From positions 218,860,001 to 218,924,000 of the forward strand of contig OZ024743.1 in assembly GCA_964016885.1 (NCBI GenBank): a DNA stretch of 64,000 nt, in the 5' to 3' direction. This document shows, in pieces, positions 53,101-64,000 of this stretch (the first letter of the stretch is position 1; every line of letters begins with the position of its first letter). The notes under the pieces were generated by a model, which ran no database searches, was not told the DNA's origin, and saw only the letters and a program-made list of their open reading frames with translations. A program made the position numbers and the translations under genes. The DNA comes from Eledone cirrhosa. Taxonomy: Eukaryota.

Positions 53101-56100
53101 CAGTAAGATATATATTAACTACATTACACTAAGATATATATTAACTACATTGCAGTAAGATATATATTAACTACATTACAGTAAGATATGTATTAACTAC
53201 ATTACAGTATGATATATATTAACTATATTACACTGAGTAAGATATATATGAACTACGTTACAGTAAGATGTATATTAACTACATTGCAGTAAGATATATA
53301 TTAACTACATTACAGTAAGATATATATTAACTACATTACATTAAGATATATATTAACCACATTACAGTAAAATATACATTAACTACATTACAGTAAGATA
53401 TATATTAACTACATTACAGTAAGATATATATTAACTACATTACAGTAAGATGTATATTAACTACATTACATTAAGATATATATTAACTACATTGCAGTAA
53501 GATATATATTAACTACATTACAGTAAGATATATATTAACTACATTACAGTAAGATATATATTAACTACATTACACTTAGTAAGATATATATTAACTACAT
53601 TACAGTAAGATATACATTAACTACATTACAGTAAGATATATATTAACTACATTACAGTAAGATATATATTAACCACATTACAGTAAAATATACATTAACT
53701 ACATTACCGTGAGATATATATTAACTACATTACATTAAGATATATATTAACTACATTGCAGTAAGATATATATTAACTACATTGCAGTAAGATATATATT
53801 AACTAGATTACAGTACAATATACATTAACTACATTGCAGTAAGATATATATTAACTACATCACAGTAAGATATATATTAACTACATTGCAGTAAGATATA
53901 TATTAACTACATTACAGTAAGATATATATTAACTACATTGCAGTCAGATATATATTAACTAGATTACAGTACAATATACATTAACTACATTACAGTAAGA
54001 TATACATTAACTACATTACATTAAGATATATATTAACTACATTACAGTAAGATATATATTAACTACATTGCAGTAAGATATATATTAACTAGATTACAGT
54101 ACAATATACATTAACTCCATTACAGTAAGATATATATTAACAACATTACATTAAGATATACACTAACTACATTGCAGTCAGATATATATTAACTACATTA
54201 CAGTAAGATATATATTAACTAGATTACAGTACAATAAACATTAACTACATTACAGTAAGATATATATTAACTACATTACATTAAGATATATATTAACCAC
54301 ATTACAGTAAAATATACATTAACTACATTACAGTAAGATATATATTAACTACATTACAGTAAGATATATATTAACTACATTACAGTAAGATGTATATTAA
54401 CTACATTACATTAAGATATATATTAACTACATTGCAGTAAGATATATATTAACTACATTACAGTAAGATATATATTAACTACATTACAGTAAGATATATA
54501 TTAACTACATTACACTTAGTAAGATATATATTAACTACATTACAGTAAGATATATATTAACTACATTACACTTAGTAAGATATATATTAACTACATTACA
54601 GTAAGATATATATTAACTACATTACAGTAAGATATATATTAACTACATTACAGTAAGATGTATATTAACTACATTGCAGTAAGATATATATTAACTACAT
54701 TACAGTAAGATATATATTAACTACATTACATTAAGATATATATCAACCACATTACAGTAAAATATACATTAACTACATTACAGTAAGATATATATTAACT
54801 ACATTACAGTAAGATATATATTAACTACATTACATTAAGATATATATTAACCACATTACAGTAAAATATACATTAACTACATTACAGTAAGCTATATATT
54901 AACTACATTACAGTAAGATGTATATTAACTACATTACATTAAGATATATATTAACTACATTGCAGTAAGATATATATTAACTACATTGCAGTAAGATATA
55001 TATTAACTACATAGCAGTAACATATATATTAACTACATTACAGTAAGATATATATTAACTACATTACAGTAAGATGTATATTAACTACATTGCAGTAAGA
55101 TATATATTAACTACATTACAGTAAGATATATATTAACTACATTACATTAAGATATATATTAACCACATTACAGTAAAATATACATTAACTACATTACAGT
55201 AAGATATATATTAACTACATTACAGTAAGATATATATTAACTACATTACAGTAAGATGTATATTAACTACATTACATTACGATATATATTAACTACATTG
55301 CAGTAAGATATATATTAACTACATTACAGTAAGATATATATTAACTACATTACAGTAAGATATATATTAACTACATTACACTTAGTAAGATATATATTAA
55401 CTACATTACAGTAAGATATACATTAACTACATTACAGTAAGATATATATTAACTACATTACAGTAAGATATATATTAACCACATTACAGTAAAATATACA
55501 TTAACTACATTACCGTAAGATATATATTAACTACATTACATTAAGATATATATTAACTACATTGCAGTAAGATATATATTAACTACATTGCAGTAAGATA
55601 TATATTAACTAGATTACAGTACAATATACTTTAACTACATTGCAGTAAGATATATATTAACTACATCACAGTAAGATATATATTAACTACATTGCAGTAA
55701 GATATATATTAACTACATTACAGTAAGATATATATTAACTACATTGCAGTCAGATATATATTAACTAGATTACAGTACAATATACATTAACTACATTACA
55801 GTAAGATATACATTAACTACATTACATTAAGATATATATTAACTACATTACAGTAAGATATATATTAACTACATTGCAGTAAGATATATATTAACTAGAT
55901 TACAGTACAATATACATTAACTCCATTACAGTAAGATATATATTAACTACATTACATTAAGATATACACTAACTACATTGCAGTCAGATATATATTAACT
56001 ACATTACAGTAAGATATATATTAACTAGATTACAGTACAATAAACATTAACTACATTACAGTAAGATATATATTAACTACATTACATTAAGATATATATT

Positions 56101-59100
56101 AACCACATTACAGTAAAATATACATTAACTACATTACAGTAAGATATATATTAACTACATTACAGTAAGATATATATTAACTACATTACAGTAAGATGTA
56201 TATTAACTACATTACATTAAGATATATATTAACTACATTGCAGTAAGATATATATTAACTACATTACAGTAAGATATATATTAACTACATTACAGTAAGA
56301 TATATATTAACTACATTACACTTAGTAAGATATATATTAACTACATTACAGTAAGATATATATTAACTACATTACACTTAGTAAGATATATATTAACTAC
56401 ATTACAGTAAGATATATATTAACTACATTACAGTAAGATATATATTAACTACATTACAGTAAGATGTATATTAACTACATTGCAGTAAGATATATATTAA
56501 CTACATTACAGTAAGATATATATTAACTACATTACATTAAGATATATATCAACCACATTACAGTAAAATATACATTAACTACATTACAGTAAGATATATA
56601 TTAACTACATTACAGTAAGATATATATTAACTACATTACATTAAGATATATATTAACCACATTACAGTAAAATATACATTAACTACATTACAGTAAGCTA
56701 TATATTAACTACATTACAGTAAGATGTATATTAACTACATTACATTAAGATATATATTAACTACATTGCAGTAAGATATATATTAACTACATTGCAGTAA
56801 GATATATATTAACTACATTGCAGTAAGATATATATTAACTACATTACAGTAAGATGTATATTAACTACATTGCAGTAAGATATATATTAACTACATTACA
56901 GTAAGATATATATTAACTACATTACATTAAGATATATATTAACCACATTACAGTAAAATATACATTAACTACATTACAGTAAGATATATATTAACTACAT
57001 TACATTAAGATATATATTAACTACATTGCAGTAAGATATATATTAACTACATTACAGTAAGATATATATTAACTACATTACAGTAAGATATATATTAACT
57101 ACATTACACGTAGTAAGATATATATTAACTACAGTACAGTAAGATATACATTAACTACATTACAGTAAGATATATATTAACTGGATTACAGTACAATATA
57201 CATTAACTACATTGCAGTAAGATATATATTAACTACATTACAGTAAGATATATATTAACTACATTGCAGTAAGATATACATTAACTACATTATAGTAAGA
57301 TATACATTAACTACATTACATTAAGATATATATTAACTACATTACAGTAAGATATATATTAACTACATTGCAGTAAGATATATATTAACTAGATTACAGT
57401 ACAATATACATTAACTCCATTACAGTAAGATATATATTAACTACATTACATTAAGATATACATTAACTACATTATAGTAAGATATATATTAACTACATTA
57501 CATTAAGATACATATTAACGACATTACAGTAAGATATATATTAACTAGATTACACTAAGGTATATATTAACTACATTACAGTAAGATATATATTAACTAC
57601 ATTACAGTAAGATATATATTAACTACATTACAGTAAGATATATATTAACTACATTGCAGTAAGATATATATTAACTACATTACACTAAGATATATATTAA
57701 CTACATTGCAGTAAGATATATATTAACTACATTACAGTAAGATATATATTAACTACATTACAGTAAGATATATATTAACTGCATTGCAGTAAGATATATA
57801 TTAACCACATTACAGTAAGATATACATTAACTACATTGCAGTAAGATATATATTAACTACATTGCAGTAAGATATATATCAACTACATTACAGTAAGATA
57901 TATATTAACTACATTACAGTAAGATATATATTAACTACATTACACTTAGTAAGATATATATTAACTACATTACAGTAAGATATACATTAACTACATTACA
58001 GTAAGATATATATTAACTACATCGCAGTAAGATATATATTAACCACATTACAGTAAAATATACATTAACTACATTACAGTAAGATATATATTAACTACAT
58101 TACATTAAGATATATATTAACTACATTGCAGTAAGATATATATTAACTACATTGCAGTAAGATATATATTAACTAGATTACAGTACAATATACATTAACT
58201 ACATTGCAGTAAGATATATATTAACTACATTACAGTAAGATATATATTAACTACATTGCAGTAAGATATATATTAACTACATTACAGTAAGATATATATT
58301 AACTACATTGCAGTCAGATATATATTAACCAGATTACAGTACAATATACATTAACTACATTACAGTAAGATATACATTAACTACATTACATTAAGATATA
58401 TATTAACTACATTACAGTAAGATATATATTAACTACATTGCAGTAAGATATATATTAACTAGATTACAGTACAATATACATTAACTCCATTACAGTAAGA
58501 TATATATTAACTACATTACATTAAGATATACATTAACTATATTACATTAAGATATATATTAACTACATTACACTAAGATATATATTAACTACATTACAGT
58601 AAGATATATATTAACTACATTGCAGTAAGATATATATTAACTACATTGCAGTAAGATATATATTAACTACATTGCAGTAAGATATATATTAACTACATTA
58701 CAGTAAGATATATATTAACTACATTACACTAAGGTATATATTAACTACATTGCAGTAAGATATATATTAACTACATTACAGTAAGATTTATATTAACTAC
58801 ATTACAGTAAGATATATATTAACTATATTACACTGAGTAAGATATATATTAACTACATTACAGTAAGATATATATTAACTACATTACACTAAGATATATA
58901 TTAACTACATTGCAGTAAGATATATATTAACTACATTACAGTAAGATATATATTAACTACATTACAGTAAGATATATATTAACTATATTACACTGACTAA
59001 GATATATATTAACTACATTACAGTAAGATGTATATTAACTACATTGCAGTAAGATATATATTAACTACATTACAGTAAGATATATATTAACTACATTACA

Positions 59101-62100
59101 TTAAGATATATATTAACCACATTACAGTAAAATATACATTAACTACATTACAGTAAGATATATATTAACTACATTACAGTAAGATATATATTAACTACAT
59201 TACAGTAAGATGTATATTAACTACATTACATTAAGATATATATTAACTACATTGCAGTAAGATATATATTAACTACATTACAGTAAGATATATATTAACT
59301 ACATTACAGTAAGATATATATTAACTACATTACACTTAGTAAGATATATATTAACTACATTACAGTAAGATATACATTAACTACATTACAGTAAGATATA
59401 TATTAACTACATTACAGTAAGATATATATTAACCACATTACAGTAAAATATACATTAACTACATTACCGTAAGATATATATTAACTACATTACATTAAGA
59501 TATATATTAACTACATTGCAGTAAGATATATATTAACTACATTGCAGTAAGATATATATTAACAAGATTACAGTACAATATACATTAACTACATTGCAGT
59601 AAGATATATATTAACTACATCACAGTAAGATATATATTAACTACATTGCAGTAAGATATATATTAACTACATTACAGTAAGATATATATTAACTACATTG
59701 CAGTCAGATATATATTAACTAGATTACAGTACAATATACATTAACTACATTACAGTAAGATATACATTAACTACATTACATTAAGATATATATTAACTAC
59801 ATTACAGTAAGATATATATTAACTACATTGCAGTAAGATATATATTAACTAGATTACAGTACAATATACATTAACTCCATTACAGTAAGATATATATTAA
59901 CTACATTACATTAAGATATACATTAACTACATTGCAGTCAGATATATATTAACTACATTACAGTAAGATATATATTAACTAGATTACAGTACAATAAACA
60001 TTAACTACATTACAGTAAGATATATATTAACTACATTGCAGTAAGATATATATTAACTAGATTACAGTACAATATACATTAACTACATTACAGTAAGATA
60101 TACATTAACTACATTACAGTAAGATATATATTAACTACATTGCAGTAAGATATATATTAACTACATTGCAGTAAGATATATATTAACTACATTGCAGTAA
60201 GATATATATTAACTACATTGCAGTAAGATATATATTAACTACATTACAGTAAGATATATATTAACTACATTACAGTAAGATATATATTAACTACATTACA
60301 CTAAGATATATATTAACTACATTACAGTAAGCTATATATTAACTACATTGCAGTAAGATATATATTAACTACATTACAGTAAGATATACATTAACTACAT
60401 TACATTAAGATATACATTAACTACATTACAGTAAGATATATATTAACTACATTACAGTAAGATATATATTAACTACATTACAGTAAGATATATATTAACT
60501 ACATTACAGTAAGATATATATTAACTACATTACACTAAGGTATATATTAACTACATTGCAGTAAGATATATATTAACTACATTACAGTAAGATATATATT
60601 AACTACATTACAGTAACATATATATTAACTATATTACACTGAGTAAGATATATATTAACTACATTACAGTAAGATATATATTAACTACATTACACTAAGA
60701 TATATATTAACTACATTGCAGTAAGATATATATTAACTACATTACAGTAAGATATATATTAACTACATTACAGTAAGATATATATTAACTATATTACACT
60801 GAGTAAGATATATATTAACTACATTACAGTAAGATGTATATTAACTACATTGCAGTAAGATATATATTAACTACATTACAGTAAGATATATATTAACTAC
60901 ATTACATTAAGATATATATTAACCACATTACAGTAAAATATACATTAACTACATTACAGTAAGATATATATTAACTACATTACAGTAAGATATATATTAA
61001 CTACATTACAGTAAGATGTATATTAACTACATTACATTAACATATATATTAACTACATTGCAGTAAGATATATATTAACTACATTACAGTAAGATATATA
61101 TTAACTACATTACAGTAAGATATATATTAACTACATTACACTTAGTAAGATATATATTAACTACATTACAGTAAGATATACATTAACTACATTACAGTAA
61201 GATATATATTAACTACATTACAGTAAGATATATATTAACCACATTACAGTAAAATATACATTAACTACATTACAGTAAGATATATATTAACTACATTACA
61301 TTAAGATATATATTAACTACATTGCAGTAAGATATATATTAACTACATTGCAGTAAGATATATATTAACTAGATTACAGTACAATATATTAACTACATTG
61401 CAGTAAGATATATATTAACTACATCACAGTAAGATATATATTAACTACATTGCAGTAAGATATATATTAACTACATTACAGTAAGATATATATTAACTAC
61501 ATTGCAGTCAGATATATATTAACTAGATTACAGTACAATATACATTAACTACATTACAGTAAGATATACATTAACTACATTACATTAAGATATATATTAA
61601 CTACATTACAGTAAGATATATATTAACTACATTGCAGTAAGATATATATTAACTAGATTACAGTACAATATACATTAACTCCATTACAGTAAGATATATA
61701 TTAACTACATTACATTAAGATATACATTAACTACATTGCAGTCAGATATATATTAACTACATTACAGTAAGATATATATTAACTAGATTACAGTACAATA
61801 AACATTAACTACATTACAGTAAGATATATATTAACTACATTGCAGTAAGATATATATTAACTAGATTACAGTACAATATACATTAACTACATTACAGTAA
61901 GATATACATTAACTACATTACAGTAAGATATATATTAACTACATTGCAGTAAGATATATATTAACTACATTGCAGTAAGATATATATTAACTACATTGCA
62001 GTAAGATATATATTAACTACATTGCAGTAAGATATATATTAACTACATTACAGTAAGATATATATTAACTACATTACAGTAAGATATATATTAACTACAT

Positions 62101-64000
62101 TACACTAAGATATATATTAACTACATTACAGTAAGCTATATATTAACTACATTGCAGTAAGATATATATTAACTACATTACAGTAAGATATACATTAACT
62201 ACATTACATTAAGATATACATTAACTACATTACAGTAAGATATATATTAACTACATTACAGTAAGATATATATTAACTACATTACAGTAAGATATATATT
62301 AACTACATTACAGTAAGATATATATTAACTACATTACACTAAGGTATATATTAACTACATTGCAGTAAGATATATATTAACTACATTACAGTAAGATATA
62401 TATTAACTACATTACAGTAACATATATCTTAACTATATTACACTGAGTAAGATATATATTAACTACATTACAGTAAGATATATATTAACTACATTACACT
62501 AAGATATATATTAACTACATTGCAGTAAGATATATATTAACTACATTACAGTAAGATATATATTAACTACATTACAGTAAGATATATATTAACTATATTA
62601 CACTGAGTAAGATATATATTAACTACATTACAGTAAGATGTATATTAACTACATTGCAGTAAGATGTATATTAACTACATTACAGTAAGATATATATTAA
62701 CTACATTACATTAAGATATATATTAACCACATTACAGTAAAATATACATTAACTACATTACAGTAAGATATATATTAACTACATTACAGTAAGATATATA
62801 TTAACTACATTACAGTAAGATGTATATTAACTACATTACATTAACATATATATTAACTACATTGCAGTAAGATATATATTAACTACATTACAGTAAGATA
62901 TATATTAACTACATTACAGTAAGATATATATTAACTACATTACACTTAGTAAGATATATATTAACTACATTACAGTAAGATATACATTAACTACATTACA
63001 GTAAGATATATATTAACTACATTACAGTAAGATATATATTAACCACATTACAGTAAAATATACATTAACTACATTACAGTAAGATATATATTAACTACAT
63101 TACATTAAGATATATATTAACTACATTGCAGTAAGATATATATTAACTACATTGCAGTAAGATATATATTAACTAGATTACAGTACAATATATTAACTAC
63201 ATTGCAGTAAGATATATATTATCTACATCACAGTAAGATATATATTAACTACATTGCAGTAAGATATATATTAACTACATTACAGTAAGATATATATTAA
63301 CTACATTGCAGTCAGATATATATTAACTAGATTACAGTACAATATACATTAACTACATTACAGTAAGATATACATTAACTACATTACATTAAGATATATA
63401 TTAACTACATTACAGTAAGATATATATTAACTACATTGCAGTAAGATATATATTAACTAGATTACAGTACAATATACATTAACTCCATTACAGTAAGATA
63501 TATATTAACTACATTACATTAAGATATACATTAACTACATTGCAGTCAGATATATATTAACTACATTACAGTAAGATATATATTAACTAGATTACAGTAC
63601 AATAAACATTAACTACATTACAGTAAGATATATATTAACTACATTGCAGTAAGATATATATTAACTAGATTACAGTACAATATACATTAACTACATTACA
63701 GTAAGATATACATTAACTACATTACAGTAAGATATATATTAACTACATTGCAGTAAGATATATATTAACTACATTGCAGTAAGATATATATTAACTACAT
63801 TGCAGTAAGATATATATTAACTAGATTACACTAAGATATATATTAACTACATTACAGTAAGATATATATTAACTACATTACAGTAAGATATATATTAACT
63901 ACATTGCAGTAAGATATATATTAACTATATTACAGTAAGATATATATTAACTACATTACAGTAAGATATATATTAACTACATTACACTAAGATATATATT
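35131..64000. repeat. 26-bp AT-rich tandem satellite, ~1,100 units, runs off the window
   Basis: Consensus ttaactacattacagtaagatatata (5 of 26 bases G+C), with recurrent variants (ttgcag, acatta, ctagattacagtacaa, 30-bp cactgagt/cacttagt). Confidence 0.99.

Noticed and set aside
35131-64000. CRISPR-like or information-coding array
   Set aside because: Units are contiguous with no unique spacers, there are no cas genes, and the context is eukaryotic. Block duplication explains the variant order.

Overview
AT-rich, repeat-dense eukaryotic DNA. The repeat families suggest a coleoid cephalopod such as Octopus (inference). The only host gene I can support is on the minus strand at the left end: two coding exons of kinesin KIF6 (4151-4092 and 569-457), which the ORF track misses, plus a CpG-retaining promoter with forkhead, Myb and X-box-like motifs. 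Positions ~4.4-33.7 kb are a transposon graveyard: tRNA-derived SINEs, RTE LINE fragments with a PHD-like finger inside the RT region, R4/Dong-like and Penelope-like remnants, an internally deleted mariner, several MITE families and Helitron-like elements. One of these is a ~2.1 kb fold-back element carrying a 27-bp GCGCATGCGC minisatellite. From ~33.76 kb to the window end lies a 26-bp AT-rich satellite (~1,100 units) with kb-scale higher-order duplications, interrupted near its left edge by a young 5'-truncated RTE LINE with a target-site duplication. Most ORFs in the track are microsatellite or repeat artefacts. There is no CRISPR array and no prokaryotic system.
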